64,000 nucleotides of DNA, from NCBI GenBank assembly GCA_951406725.2, contig OX597824.1:36642001-36706000 (forward strand). Direction: 5' to 3'. Origin of the DNA: Octopus vulgaris. Taxonomy: Eukaryota. Both the position numbers and the translations under genes were made by a program. Shown one piece after another: positions 63,592-64,000 of this stretch; position 1 is the stretch's first letter, and each line of letters opens with the position of its first letter. The notes under the pieces are model-generated. The model was not told where the DNA came from. It saw nothing but the letters and a program-made list of their open reading frames with translations, and did no database searches.

Positions 63592-64000
63592 TGTTGATGT
63601 TATAGTTTTGATCAAATCTCAACATCTGTGCAGCATCTTAGATGCAGGTATTTCCATCTTCACTGGAGGACATAATGGTTTAGGTGTTGAAATATATAGT
63701 CATTCTCCTTTTATTAAAGAGTAGAGTGGGGAACTTTCGGTTTTTGGAGCTGTGACCTCGGCTACAGCTAGCTTTGAAGAATATTTATCGGATGCAAGTA
63801 TTAGTTTTAGTTGACAGAGGAAACAGGGTAGAGATTTTAGGGACACATCAGTGGCGACATTTACCTGCTAACAGTGATCAGCTGAACTGATTTGCTTTGG
63901 TTTTAAGTGGTGGTGGGTGAATAGACTAAAGGGTGACAGCAGGATATAAAGAGCTGCAATGTCTACCATAGAATACATAAGATTTGATTATGTGATTGAG

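Overview
AT-rich, microsatellite-dense animal genomic DNA. The repeat families strongly suggest an octopus genome; this is an inference, not a database result. Almost the whole window is intronic. Two clear minus-strand coding exons (52355-52512 and 37287-37500) have canonical splice sites and compatible phases. They encode an IQ motif, an ER/K single-alpha-helix and a 'DLDQMFSFL' segment, typical of the neck and proximal tail of a MyTH4-FERM unconventional myosin (best guess class XXII). The rest is a layered transposon landscape: tRNA-derived SINEs, Meta-domain SINEs including multimers, RTE LINE bodies and tails, R4/Dong and CRE-like fragments, mariner and DD37D Tc1-like remnants, piggyBac and hAT MITEs, Helitrons and a truncated tRNA-iMet copy. 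The most striking unexplained signal is a set of about ten sequence-unrelated short elements carrying minimal type-I hammerhead-ribozyme-like cores. Several are fold-backs, two families show the compensatory U3-A8 core, and one ~380-nt rod-like hairpin has a hammerhead at its apex (18071-18452). Nearly all ORFs in the supplied track are microsatellite or repeat artefacts. All structures were read by eye, and element boundaries are approximate unless stated otherwise.
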